Source: a virus
Taxonomy: Duplodnaviria; Caudoviricetes
IMG/VR virus record: IMGVR_UViG_2903352716_000007
Location: 1 to 64,000 of that record
Length of the DNA: 64,000 nucleotides
Strand: one strand, 5' to 3'
How positions within the stretch are numbered: the first letter of the stretch is position 1; the number at the start of each line of letters is the position of its first letter. The position numbers and the translations under genes were made by a program. This document shows positions 1-9,260 of the stretch, piece after piece. A model generated the notes under the pieces. That model searched no databases. It was not told the DNA's origin and was given only the letters and a program-made list of their open reading frames with translations.

Positions 1-2
1 TC

Positions 3-266
3 TGTCGCGACCAGGAGCACGGCGAGGTTATCCGGTTTGACGATCGTCGTGACGTTCTTGACGAGTTCCAGCGCGGGATTGTCGATGCTGAGTCAGGCAA
101 TCCTGACGACGCAGAAGACTCTACCAGCCCTTACGCCTACCTTGCCGGGAGAAAGTTCTTCCACCAGCGCCAGCGCTACGGAGGTATGGCATATCGGGAG
201 GACCAGGGGCGAGTGTGTCACGGCATGGTATGTGCCGATACAGGGGAACGATGGGCGCAAGGGTAG
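3..266 (+). CDS. hypothetical protein, 5'-truncated by window edge
   Basis: Open frame from 3 to TAG 264-266 (CRDQEHGEVIRFDD...ERWAQG), followed directly by a terminator; not in the ORF track. Confidence 0.55.
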   Translation, partial: CRDQEHGEVIRFDDRRDVLDEFQRGIVDAESGNPDDAEDSTSPYAYLAGRKFFHQRQRYGGMAYREDQGRVCHGMVCADTGERWAQG

Positions 267-270
267 ACAG

Positions 271-301
271 AAAAAAGGGGGCCATGACAGCCCCCCTTCT
301 T
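271..301. terminator. Rho-independent terminator-like hairpin
   Basis: AAAAAAGGGGGC-CATGACA-GCCCCCCTTCTT. Confidence 0.6.
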
Positions 302-345
302 CATTGCGATTTAGCCTTTGAAAAAGCCACTGACAGGATAGCAAA

Positions 346-828
346 TTGAACAACGCCTTCCCACAATTACAGATTTTTTCTTCTCCGTACCCGGACGTCG
401 CTAACCGCATTATTGCGCTGTACTGCGAGGAAAAGCGCGGCCTGACGCTCTCGCGCCGTGACTTTACCGCCCTTCTCCCTGGCGTCTGTACCGACCACAT
501 CCGCAAAACAGTACGTGATTTGCTGGAAAACAAGGTGCTGGCGCGCAGTGGATGCCGTTACCGGCTTGCTGTTACTCCCGCCCGAATCATCAACATGAAA
601 CCCCACCGGCTGTACCGCGTGGACTTGCAGATCCTGCGGCTCATCCAGTCAAAGGGGGTCATTACGGCAAATGACATGCTGCGGGTTAACGGGGTGTCAC
701 GCACGATATTCCTTCGCGCTGCAGCACGACTGAAGCAACAGGGACTGATTGAGTCCTACCAGGAAAAACCATTCCCGGCGGCGTGTCGGTTCTACAGATT
801 TAAAACACAGGAGATTTCCCATGAGTAA
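346..828 (+). CDS. hypothetical DNA-binding protein, two winged-HTH-like repeats
   Basis: 160 aa; two HTH/wing-like segments (DHIRKTVRDLLENKVL; SRTIFLRAAARLKQQGLI); stop overlaps next start. Confidence 0.6.
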   Translation: MNNAFPQLQIFSSPYPDVANRIIALYCEEKRGLTLSRRDFTALLPGVCTDHIRKTVRDLLENKVLARSGCRYRLAVTPARIINMKPHRLYRVDLQILRLIQSKGVITANDMLRVNGVSRTIFLRAAARLKQQGLIESYQEKPFPAACRFYRFKTQEISHE

Positions 829-1291
829 ATTACAGGTTCGCAAGATTGATGATAACGCCGTTATCCCGGTACTGGCTGGCGCGGCGACGTTCCCCATCAA
901 GGCGACTGATATTCGCTACGAGGCGACGATCCGCACCGGACGCGAGCAAGCAAAAGCGTACTGGCTTAAAACAGGCTTGCAGTTCGACGTACCAGAAGGC
1001 CATGTTCTGAAGGTATTCCCCGTGCAAGAGCTGGCGCACAAAAACCTTGCGAGACTCGCTGATTGTGTGGCGCTGGTGGAACCTGGCGACCATAACGAGC
1101 TAATCCTCCGGATGGTGATCGACGATGGCGGTAAATCCTTTGAACCACGAGCGGGAATGGTTGTGGCACGGGCCATGCTGGAGAAAATCGTGTCTCCGGA
1201 GCTGGTGGAAGTCGAAGAGTTTGACTTTCCAAAGCCGGTAGCCAAAACCGAAAAGGCGAAGAAAACCGTGACCGCTCAGGCAGAGAAGTAA
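821..1291 (+). CDS. dUTPase-fold protein with degenerate catalytic motifs
   Basis: ATG 821 after AGGAG; MSKLQVRKIDDNAVIP and KTGLQFDVPEGHVLKVFP match trimeric dUTPase strands; motifs 1-5 altered or missing. Confidence 0.7.
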   Translation: MSKLQVRKIDDNAVIPVLAGAATFPIKATDIRYEATIRTGREQAKAYWLKTGLQFDVPEGHVLKVFPVQELAHKNLARLADCVALVEPGDHNELILRMVIDDGGKSFEPRAGMVVARAMLEKIVSPELVEVEEFDFPKPVAKTEKAKKTVTAQAEK

Positions 1292-1292
1292 T

Positions 1293-1967
1293 ATGCAATA
1301 TCTCATTGGCAAGGGAATGAGCATTTTCGTTGATGACAGCAGCGTGATTGACCAAAACTCCATTAATCAGGCCTTGTTCATTCTGACCGGCTTCACCCCC
1401 ATTAACACGGGAGGCTTCACTGTTTGGGAGAACGGGCGCGAGCGCTATTGGGTGCCGTCCGACGCACCAGACGAGGACATTGCAGCTATCACTGAGGAAC
1501 TGAACGCACAAGCGATCGTGCCGTCCCTCGATGCTGATTTTGCGCAGCGGTTGTTACGTCTGGTGCCAATGGCGATCAATCCAATTGTGCAGGTGAATGG
1601 TCGCCTGATCGGTGGCTGGCAGGTAGAGAGCAACCCAACACCCAGTGATGGCGACATTATGACAAACGGTCATCAGTCCCATTCCTACCAGCACACCGTA
1701 TTACCAATGGCTATTGCTATGGTGTTCCTACAGGCGCAGGGGATAGGCCAACAAGCCTGGATTTATACCGGCGAACATGACACGGCAACACCAGAGTTAC
1801 ATTACGTGGTCCCGCTTGATAGCAATCTGAAAGTGCTGGAAAACACCCCTACTTTCATCCGTGCGCCTGACTTAGACCAGTTCGCTGCTGTCGGGGTGCC
1901 TCTTCACGCTTGGGAAGATGCACTCACAACGGCCCTGCTAACGAAGGCCGCACGTACACCAGCATAA
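1293..1967 (+). CDS. hypothetical protein
   Basis: 224-aa ORF starting 1 nt after previous stop and ending at a terminator. Confidence 0.7.
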   Translation: MQYLIGKGMSIFVDDSSVIDQNSINQALFILTGFTPINTGGFTVWENGRERYWVPSDAPDEDIAAITEELNAQAIVPSLDADFAQRLLRLVPMAINPIVQVNGRLIGGWQVESNPTPSDGDIMTNGHQSHSYQHTVLPMAIAMVFLQAQGIGQQAWIYTGEHDTATPELHYVVPLDSNLKVLENTPTFIRAPDLDQFAAVGVPLHAWEDALTTALLTKAARTPA

Positions 1968-1970
1968 ACA

Positions 1971-1992
1971 GCCCCGAAAGGGGCATTTTTTT
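1971..1992 (+). terminator. Rho-independent terminator
   Basis: GCCCC-GAAA-GGGGC followed by a T run, between convergent genes. Confidence 0.8.
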
Positions 1993-2422
1993 ACCCTTCT
2001 GCATCCTCTGCCAAGAGTTCTAGCATTGACGGTTTTGGCGCACCGGCAGCGATCTGAGTGGGAGTGTCACAGGCGTCTATTTCAGCTTTATGGCGAGGGT
2101 TACTGTCGGCGTCCAGCCACTGATGAATTAATCCGGGCATTTGCTTTTTGTTCATATCCGTCTTGAACCAGAGACTGTATGCGGTTCTTGAGCCACCAGC
2201 CGCCGCGTACTCTGCAAAATTGATAACATAGCCATCCACGCCGCGTTTAAATTCCGTGTCATCCATCTTGTTACCATTTAATGCCACGACACCGGAGTCC
2301 TGATAAACAGTGACTTTACGGTCGCCACAATCAAAATAAAGCGCCCGTTGGCTGGTGGATTGTGCTGCGACTGCCCCGGAAATTAGCAGCGTCGAAAGTA
2401 AAAGCCCTTTTATAGTGTTCAT
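1991..2422 (-). CDS. predicted secreted/periplasmic protein
   Basis: Sec-type signal peptide MNTIKGLLLSTLLISGAVAA; two Cys in the mature part. Confidence 0.7.
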   Translation of the reverse strand: MNTIKGLLLSTLLISGAVAAQSTSQRALYFDCGDRKVTVYQDSGVVALNGNKMDDTEFKRGVDGYVINFAEYAAAGGSRTAYSLWFKTDMNKKQMPGLIHQWLDADSNPRHKAEIDACDTPTQIAAGAPKPSMLELLAEDAEG

Positions 2423-3159
2423 GCGTCCCTACCATACAAAATGTGTATTGAATTTATCTTTTTGATATATCAGGCATATAAGGGTAACGAACTTTTCACC
2501 ATATTAATATGTTTCTTGCCCCCTTCCCTGTCCCATCGGCAACTGCCACGCCAGCCGTGGCGCGGGATTGAGGGGGGTCTCAGGTGGTTGGGGTAGCATG
2601 ATTACCAAAATAACCAATAATATCTAAGGATTTAATTTAAATTAATATCCAAACAAAACTAATAATATATATTATTGAACTTAATGTGAGAATAATCTTG
2701 ATTAAGCGCGAATGCCGTTAATACCTTTACGATTAACAGCCAGGCGGATACTTCTTAAGGGCATGATTAAATATGCCGACTCATGGTCCAAACCAGCAGC
2801 GCAACAACAGCAACAGAAGCAATAAATTAAATGCCGCCAGTTATGGCGGTCCCGGACTGGCTGTCATCCATTGCTGTGATAGCCCTATTTAACCTTAACA
2901 AACACCTTCCCCCGAAGTGCAAGATCAAGCCGACTCCATTTTAGGTGGCTTGATGCCTGACGCGCCCCCCTTTATGATGCTCCGGCCTGGATTATCAGGC
3001 AAAACACGGTCATACAGTCAGGTGGGCTGTGAGCCAACAGGCAAGCATGTCGGCTGCTGTCACAATCTTACTGACTCCCTTTGACCACTCAACTCATCCA
3101 TAACCCAGTAATGGTGACTTTATGGTTAGAACTATGTTCAAACGACTCAGAGGTATCAA

Positions 3160-3879
3160 ATGGCAAACCAAACTAAGAAAACAGGAGTTTCACTATATGA
3201 ACAGCTAACAGCTATTCATAATTCGGGCCGTATGCCTGTGAAGGTTAACGGCATTATCCAGTTCAAACGCTGGCAACGTAGCAAGCAGGAATCCGGTGTG
3301 TATTTCGGATGCCCTCAAGAAAAGCTCCAGATGGGCCGCTACAATGACCCAACAGCGAAAACTGGAATCTGTTACGTCGCAGACTACGCTGTCACGGCAA
3401 TTGCGGAATCGTACGGACGCGAGTATCACAAAAAACCAAACTGTAAGTTCAGTATCGGCTTCGATGAGGTTTCGAAGGCTCAAATGTGTACGTTGGAAAC
3501 AACCCGTGAAACAACAACTATCGACATGGGAAGGCTGCTGGGCTTGCTTCATATCACAGCAGACGAAGTAATGGGCGATGGTCAGGACATCACACGGACT
3601 GTGACGGACTGGGCGGCTAATACGCCAGGACTCCATTATGACGGCATTACCTATATGTCCCGTCATTTACTTGGGGTTGGGACATGCACCGCGTTCTGGC
3701 AGCGCGAGGGGATGGATTTACCCCTCAAAGATGTTGATATGACACAACTGGACGAATACGTTGATACCGACAAGGAAAACTTCCCGCAAGGTTGGCCCGA
3801 GTCGGATATAGACGGGTTTGAAATTCTGACAGAAACGTTAGATTTCACAGTAGTAAATAACAACGAAGAAGACGTGTAA
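3160..3879 (+). CDS. RES-domain protein (NAD+-degrading toxin family)
   Basis: R-E-S pattern: GRYNDP, AIAESYGR, DGITYMSRH; GAGGT RBS. Confidence 0.85.
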   Translation: MANQTKKTGVSLYEQLTAIHNSGRMPVKVNGIIQFKRWQRSKQESGVYFGCPQEKLQMGRYNDPTAKTGICYVADYAVTAIAESYGREYHKKPNCKFSIGFDEVSKAQMCTLETTRETTTIDMGRLLGLLHITADEVMGDGQDITRTVTDWAANTPGLHYDGITYMSRHLLGVGTCTAFWQREGMDLPLKDVDMTQLDEYVDTDKENFPQGWPESDIDGFEILTETLDFTVVNNNEEDV

Positions 3880-3885
3880 ATCTAA

Positions 3886-3908
3886 TGCCCGGCCTGTTAA
3901 GCCGGGTA
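3886..3908. terminator. hairpin between convergent RES and HTH genes
   Basis: TGCCCGGC-CTGTTAA-GCCGGGTA. Confidence 0.6.
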
Positions 3909-3910
3909 TA

Positions 3911-4534
3911 TTAAGAAATGTGCCTACCGAAAATCGAAGCCTGATGTTTAATCTCTTCCCAATAATCCTTTACGTTATCTGACTTCATCGCAGTGATGAC
4001 GTTGGGACCGTCCTCGCCAAAGAAGTACATGTTCGTAAAGAACGAGACTTTTGATACTGAACCCAAGTCATCACCAAGACAGGAAAGAATTTCCTCAAAC
4101 CCGTCAACTACCTTTGATTCAGAAAACTGAAAGTCAGGAAATAAATAATCATTTCCAGGACGAACGGCAAGCAGCTTGTTCGCCTTCAGCTTATTATTAA
4201 CAGTCTGTCTGCTAGTCTTCAGACGCTTTGCTACATCCCCAGCCTTAATCGTGCCACCATGCTCTTTAAGTTGCTCGGTGAATGCTCGGGTACCTTCATT
4301 TAATCTGTGGATACGGCGCAGTTCACGCTCAGACAACAGCGTGTTGTTCTCCAATATCTTTTCAAAGATAAACTGCATCAACTCGGTATCGTTCATGCTA
4401 CTTGCACGAGATAACACTCGGTCTTTAGCCATTTGCATAATTGCTGTACTTGCGATGCTAACAGTTCGCTCAAGCAACAGTTTTTGCTCTTTAGGAATCT
4501 CTTTGTGTGGAGTGCTTCTATCTAAAGTATTCAT
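3911..4534 (-). CDS. HTH protein, probable RES-associated antitoxin
   Basis: HTH AGDVAKRLKTSRQTVNNKLK followed by LLAV..G.DYLFPDFQF, a pattern recalled from RES-neighbour proteins. Confidence 0.7.
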   Translation of the reverse strand: MNTLDRSTPHKEIPKEQKLLLERTVSIASTAIMQMAKDRVLSRASSMNDTELMQFIFEKILENNTLLSERELRRIHRLNEGTRAFTEQLKEHGGTIKAGDVAKRLKTSRQTVNNKLKANKLLAVRPGNDYLFPDFQFSESKVVDGFEEILSCLGDDLGSVSKVSFFTNMYFFGEDGPNVITAMKSDNVKDYWEEIKHQASIFGRHIS

Positions 4535-4558
4535 AATTCAGCCCCTCTCTTTACACTT

Positions 4559-4587
4559 ATAATAGATATCTAAGCGTAAATCGTCAA
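4559..4587 (-). promoter_or_regulatory. sigma70 promoter of the HTH gene
   Basis: TTGACG-17 nt-TATTAT on the minus strand. Confidence 0.7.
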
Positions 4588-4646
4588 GCTGGATTATTAA
4601 TTGAGCTATTCCTGTCTGAAAATTGTGTAGCGCCCCATCTGTAAGG

Positions 4647-5087
4647 TCAGGCAACCTGGTGACAGGTGATGCCCATAGAACGAATGGCAGTACACACTTC
4701 CGGGTTATCGTCGAACGCGCACAGGACGTTTTCGGGGCCGATGTTTCTGATCCACTCCCGCTTGATGTCTGCTGGTGGGCGGTGCTCCTTCTCTCCACGC
4801 ATTATCAGACGGTCATAAGGGATCTGGAATCGTGACAACCAGGCCGCTGTCTCTGCATAGGCCACGTCTCCCCGACTGGTCAGAATAAAAATCCGATAGT
4901 GACGGCTCAATGCCACCAGCAACGCGATATTCGTAGTGATGGGTGTGTCTTTGTCACACGCCAGGCTAAACCGATCCCAGTTCGGCGCGTAGCCCATCAG
5001 GTCGGGGTGTGGGATGAGATGCCCCCGGTGGCTGGAGTCAGCCAGCGTGTCATCCAGGTCAAAGACAACGATATCCGCAGTGGTCAC
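4647..5087 (-). CDS. HAD-family phosphatase (T4 PNK 3'-phosphatase-like), stand-alone
   Basis: VFDLDDTL (DxDxT), LTSR, K..W and FDD motifs; GTG 5087 preceded by AGGAG. Confidence 0.85.
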   Translation of the reverse strand: MTTADIVVFDLDDTLADSSHRGHLIPHPDLMGYAPNWDRFSLACDKDTPITTNIALLVALSRHYRIFILTSRGDVAYAETAAWLSRFQIPYDRLIMRGEKEHRPPADIKREWIRNIGPENVLCAFDDNPEVCTAIRSMGITCHQVA

Positions 5088-5125
5088 AAAAAAAGCTCCT
5101 GTCATTCGTGTGCGCGCAGCATAAA

Positions 5126-5224
5126 TCACATTAATTCTAAGAAAATAATAAATTTGTATTTATCGAATAGAAAAATGATAGCTGTAGGACTTATACTAAG
5201 AAAATACCATCAATTCTAAGGTAT
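5126..5224 (+). promoter_or_regulatory. cluster of putative phage-repressor operators between the HAD gene and ref
   Basis: TCACATTAATTCTAAGAAAA, TTATACTAAGAAAA and TACCATCAATTCTAAGGTAT; the motif recurs at 12531, 31744 and 58841. Confidence 0.55.
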
Positions 5225-5239
5225 TTTTAAAGGCTTATC

Positions 5240-5878
5240 ATGCACAGTACAGAGGAACGTAATGCACTCTACGAAAAACAGCGCATCGCCGCGCAACGCC
5301 AGCGCGAACGCCAGAAAACCAAACTGGCTGATCCAGCTTATCGGCAACATCAACAGGAAAAACGCCAGGCAGCAGCGCAACGATCAGCTGAGAAACGGTT
5401 AGCCCGTATCCGGTCGCCGGAGTATCAGGCAGAACAACGCGAGAAACAGCGGGTTAAGCGCCAGGAGGCGGCGCAGACACCACGCAAACTACCCGCAGCA
5501 CCTAAACCCCGCAAAACATCAACGCGGGGACTCAAAGGGCGAACCCCGACCGCAGCCGAACGCCGCGTAATGGATGCTCTCGCTAAACTCCCCTGCACTG
5601 CTTGCTGGCTGCACAAACACCACCAGCCGCTTATCAGTCTGCATCACGTTAATGGGCGTACTGCCGACGGCGCGCATATGGACGTGATCCCGTTGTGCCG
5701 GTGGCATCACCAGGACGCGGCACCAAAAGACGTCCGTGAACAATATCCGTGGCTGGTGCCAGTTCACGCCAGCGGCATTGTCGGCGGCAAGGCTGAATTT
5801 GCGCACCTGAACGCATCAGAAGAGGATTTGCTACTCATGGCCTATGAACAAGCCGGAATTGTCAGGGAGGCGCGCTAG
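5240..5878 (+). CDS. ref: Ref recombination-enhancement (RecA-dependent HNH) nuclease
   Basis: LPCTAC..SLHHVNGRT..PLCRWHHQ..YPWLVPVH..GGK..F..LNASE matches P1 Ref; basic Q/R-rich N-terminus. Confidence 0.9.
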   Translation: MHSTEERNALYEKQRIAAQRQRERQKTKLADPAYRQHQQEKRQAAAQRSAEKRLARIRSPEYQAEQREKQRVKRQEAAQTPRKLPAAPKPRKTSTRGLKGRTPTAAERRVMDALAKLPCTACWLHKHHQPLISLHHVNGRTADGAHMDVIPLCRWHHQDAAPKDVREQYPWLVPVHASGIVGGKAEFAHLNASEEDLLLMAYEQAGIVREAR

Positions 5879-6108
5879 TGGCCCGTACAGCGACAGACCG
5901 GATGTTAAACCCACACGGGCATGTTTATGTGCTTGATGGCCTGACCGGACACCACATCTGCAAGATTTGCGGTACTTGTGAACGCCGGAACGGGCAATAC
6001 TGGTGGGCGGGAAAGTGGAGTAAGACAGAGCCGCCGTGCGGCCTCAATACTGATAAACAGCGGGACTGGCATACCGCCGCCAACCCCGATAATGAGAGAG
6101 ATAAATAA
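5878..6108 (+). CDS. small hypothetical protein with CxxC motif
   Basis: 76 aa, start overlaps ref stop; HICKICGTCE. Confidence 0.6.
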   Translation: MARTATDRMLNPHGHVYVLDGLTGHHICKICGTCERRNGQYWWAGKWSKTEPPCGLNTDKQRDWHTAANPDNERDK

Positions 6109-6129
6109 TTTATTGACGCGGGAAATGAC

Positions 6130-6150
6130 AAAGTACAAACCGCATAAAAT
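6130..6150 (+). promoter_or_regulatory. putative late promoter
   Basis: AAAGTACAAAC-cgca-TAAAAT; one of 12 copies of the motif. Confidence 0.65.
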
Positions 6151-6279
6151 CCTCGCAGCCGTTGTGTTCCCTTGAGGGTACTTTTGACAATTTAACTTCC
6201 TGCTTTAGCGCGGTTGGGAACATCAATAGCCAGTAAGGGGCCGCAATAGCGGCCTTTTTGCTTTCTGGAGGATAGAAAA

Positions 6280-6936
6280 TTGAGTCAGAAAATTGCTGTC
6301 TTTAGTCTCTCAACAACAACCCCGTTCTTTATCACCGGTATCTATAACGATAACACCCTGATAATGAGCGTCCCGAAGTCCCTCCCCAACTCATTAAAAA
6401 AACAGCGCGAAAAGGTGATCCCTGCCGTTCAAAAGCTGCGAAATTCCGGCTTTAAGGTGCTGGTGGAGGAAACCAGCGGGACAATCGCCAGCGAGTGTGG
6501 TGCTCACCACGTATCCCTCAATACGCGGCATACGGACGGACGTGCTGCCGTTCTCGTCGGTATCGAGCGCTACAACGAATTACGGCTACAAAAAGCCATT
6601 TTGCTCCCTGAGAAAAACCCCGGCGCGTATGAGATCCCCTCTTCCATCGTGGATGTCGATTACAACGCTGCCGGTGACGTGGTGTATCACATCAACTGGC
6701 AGGATATCAGGCCAGAGCACCGACTCACGATCCTTTGCTGTTTCTCCACGGTGTACCATCCGGTCACGTCTGCTGATTACATCAACGCCATGACCGGCGG
6801 GGGCGAAGAACGCGAGGCAAACCCGTTTTTTCGTACCTTTGCCAATCTCATCCGGCATCAGGACGTCACCAGTGCAAACGCCGTCCCTGCATCCCTTTCC
6901 GGCAACCGCGTCAGTGAAAATGAGGTCATCCTGTGA
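6280..6936 (+). CDS. phage morphogenesis-region protein
   Basis: 218 aa, TTG after GGAGG; first gene downstream of a late-promoter motif, coupled to gp26. Confidence 0.65.
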   Translation: MSQKIAVFSLSTTTPFFITGIYNDNTLIMSVPKSLPNSLKKQREKVIPAVQKLRNSGFKVLVEETSGTIASECGAHHVSLNTRHTDGRAAVLVGIERYNELRLQKAILLPEKNPGAYEIPSSIVDVDYNAAGDVVYHINWQDIRPEHRLTILCCFSTVYHPVTSADYINAMTGGGEEREANPFFRTFANLIRHQDVTSANAVPASLSGNRVSENEVIL

Positions 6937-7262
6937 GTTATAACCGCCTGGATGATCGCACCATTGACGATCCTGTCTTGCTGGCATTGTTCCATCAGGA
7001 GGTCATTGCTCGGGCCACCAGCTACAGCGCCGATAACATCCCGTACACCATCAAAGTTGATGAGGTTTACCGTTCCGATCTGGCGGCGTTTCGCTGTTAC
7101 GGCAATATGGAACTACGCTGGGTGTTCCGTCTGCTGGCGGGGCATGAAGCAGAAACTGAGGCAATGTCCGTTGGCACGACGTTCACCGTGCCGCCGGTGG
7201 CCTGGATACGTGACCGTATGCGTGATTACGCGTCGGGATCGGTGGAGTTAACCAGTGGCTGA
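6933..7262 (+). CDS. baseplate protein, P1 gp26-like (LysM/tail-X-like)
   Basis: YTIKVDEVYRSDLAAFRCYGNMELRWVFRLLAG tail-X pattern; gene order. Confidence 0.75.
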   Translation: MSYNRLDDRTIDDPVLLALFHQEVIARATSYSADNIPYTIKVDEVYRSDLAAFRCYGNMELRWVFRLLAGHEAETEAMSVGTTFTVPPVAWIRDRMRDYASGSVELTSG

Positions 7263-8454
7263 TTTCCCACGCGCCAGCAACGGGCGCTATCAGACTGAGG
7301 GACTGAGTGCGAAGGAGTTTGAGCGCCTCTTCAACCAGATTGAGAAGGACAAGCGGAGTAAACGCCGTGGCGCGCGCCGTACCCTCACCCCTGCATCACT
7401 GAAGAATAAAACGGTCGAAGACATTCTCTCCCTGGGGAAAAAGAAACAGGCCGGTACGTTCTTCACGGTTGACGATCTGAAGGAGTTCGAAGGGCGCCGC
7501 AAGGATATTCGTACCACGCTCAATGCGGGTGTTGCCGGGATAACCTACGCCCAGCTTATTGCTGGCAGTGAAGCAATCGACGTTAAGCGCGCAAACAACG
7601 CCGTGGACGACGGTTCAGGGATTAAACGCGCCGTTCCATCATCTATAAAACATAACGTCGTTACCGTCAGCGTGGAGGCGTCTGACCGTTCCGAAGACCA
7701 GCATCACCGCGTCAAAGTGCGCTTTGAGGAATGGGATACGCTGATTGACGAGCTGGGGGACGAGAAAAGCGCCGTTAAGGTGGCGAAAAAGCTATGCGCC
7801 GGTCGCGTGTCCTTCGACTGTGATTGTGGTCGTCACCAATACTGGTATCGCTACATCGCGACCGCCGGTAACTTTGCACTGGCTCCACCGAAAGAATACG
7901 CCTATCCCAAAATCCGTAACCCGAATCTCAAAGGGATCGCCTGTAAGCACGTGATCCACTCAATGACGCGTCTCCAGTCGGCGAGCTGGCAACTACGCAT
8001 AGGCCAGGCCATGCTTCAGGCCGCAAAACGTGTCGGGTTCGGTGACGACAAGCGGCGAACCACGAAGCACTTCACCGATGAAGATAAAAAGGCGTTTAAC
8101 AAAAACCGTAGCTCTCAGACCAACCAGGCGGCATTGCGTCAGGAGTGGGATAAATACCAGCGCCGACAGAAAGCCCTGGGTAAACAGATCGCGCGGGACG
8201 ACACGAAGTTACGCTCACTGAGCGATAAGCTACTTAAAGCCAGAAAGATGTCGAAAGCGCAACGCGCCAGAGCCGAAGAAAACCAGAAAAAGCTAAAACT
8301 CGAACAGGACAAAAACAAGCTACTGCAACAGCAACTGACCGACAGTTTTAAAATCAAACGACAGGCGTTTATTGATGCGCTGGTGATGACGGGTACGCCA
8401 CCAGCGAAAGCAGAACAAATGTTTTTGGACTACGTGAAGAAAGGCGGCGGTTGA
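7255..8454 (+). CDS. P1 gp25-like tail protein with SWIM Zn finger
   Basis: FDCDCG...CKH SWIM motif; coiled-coil C-terminus; gene order. Confidence 0.75.
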   Translation: MADFPRASNGRYQTEGLSAKEFERLFNQIEKDKRSKRRGARRTLTPASLKNKTVEDILSLGKKKQAGTFFTVDDLKEFEGRRKDIRTTLNAGVAGITYAQLIAGSEAIDVKRANNAVDDGSGIKRAVPSSIKHNVVTVSVEASDRSEDQHHRVKVRFEEWDTLIDELGDEKSAVKVAKKLCAGRVSFDCDCGRHQYWYRYIATAGNFALAPPKEYAYPKIRNPNLKGIACKHVIHSMTRLQSASWQLRIGQAMLQAAKRVGFGDDKRRTTKHFTDEDKKAFNKNRSSQTNQAALRQEWDKYQRRQKALGKQIARDDTKLRSLSDKLLKARKMSKAQRARAEENQKKLKLEQDKNKLLQQQLTDSFKIKRQAFIDALVMTGTPPAKAEQMFLDYVKKGGG

Positions 8455-8513
8455 GGTCTACAGCGGGGGGAATGACGGCGACCGGTGAAAACGGTAGCCG
8501 TCATGGGATGTTC

Positions 8514-8933
8514 TTAGAGAAACCACTCGGGTTTCACACCAAAGCGCGCGGAAAGCGCCTTAATGTGGGTAATGGTTAATGAGCGCTGCCCGGACAGGAT
8601 CTGGCTTACCAGTGATTTAGAGCCGATCTCGTTCTTCAGGTCAGAGTATGACAGCTTGTACTGGTCAATCAGAGTACGCAACAGGGCAACGCCCACCGGC
8701 ATTTCAGCAATCGCTTTATTGAACTCCGCAAACTGCTCGCTGCTATCTTCAAAGTCGGCAATTTTCGCCGCCAGGAAGTCAATCAACGGGTTTTCATCAT
8801 CGTTCTCGATGAGGTAATCCACCAGCGCCAGCGCGTCACGGTAATCTTTCTCTGAGGCACTGCCCCCCAGGAAGGGGACAGCGGCTACCAGTTGTTTTGT
8901 TGCTTCGATGGCCTTTGTAGTGTCGGCAATCAT
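8514..8933 (-). CDS. higA: HigA antitoxin (Xre HTH)
   Basis: Resembles E. coli HigA; C-terminal HTH LSYSDLKNEIGSKSLVSQILSGQRSLT. Confidence 0.9.
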   Translation of the reverse strand: MIADTTKAIEATKQLVAAVPFLGGSASEKDYRDALALVDYLIENDDENPLIDFLAAKIADFEDSSEQFAEFNKAIAEMPVGVALLRTLIDQYKLSYSDLKNEIGSKSLVSQILSGQRSLTITHIKALSARFGVKPEWFL

Positions 8934-9241
8934 TCTTTGTTCTCCCTGTAATAGCGGTTCAATTTGTCGTATTCAGCGTGGGTGACGATATGCTTTACAT
9001 AAAAGCGCTTATTCACGAAGTTGATGTAGGCGATCACTCTTAAATTATTTCCTCCTACGTCCAACACCCACCACTTGTTTCTGTACTTAAAGTTATCAAG
9101 GCTTGGTACTGCTGCTCTTAACTCTGCCGGTGATGTGAAGTCATTTTCACGTACCAGGCGATACAGGGCGAATATGGCTAACGAGTCGTTGGGATTTCGC
9201 CTTGCCGCTACCTCAAAAGGTTCCTTTGATATGACGTGCAT
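8930..9241 (-). CDS. higB: HigB mRNA interferase toxin
   Basis: MHVISKEPF..WWVLDVGGNNLRVI..FYVKHIVTHAEYDK; toxin-first order. Confidence 0.9.
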   Translation of the reverse strand: MHVISKEPFEVAARRNPNDSLAIFALYRLVRENDFTSPAELRAAVPSLDNFKYRNKWWVLDVGGNNLRVIAYINFVNKRFYVKHIVTHAEYDKLNRYYRENKE

Positions 9242-9260
9242 CGTGCGTTTCCGTTCATCC

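Noticed and set aside
2767-2871. Minus-strand MDDSQSGTAITGGI-stop-FIASVAVVALLVWTMSRHI, a possible interrupted membrane peptide
   Set aside because: Weak RBS and an internal stop; no independent support
3095-3135. Possible dif/Xer or loxP-like site
   Set aside because: Arms do not match XerC/XerD or loxP consensus, and spacing is wrong
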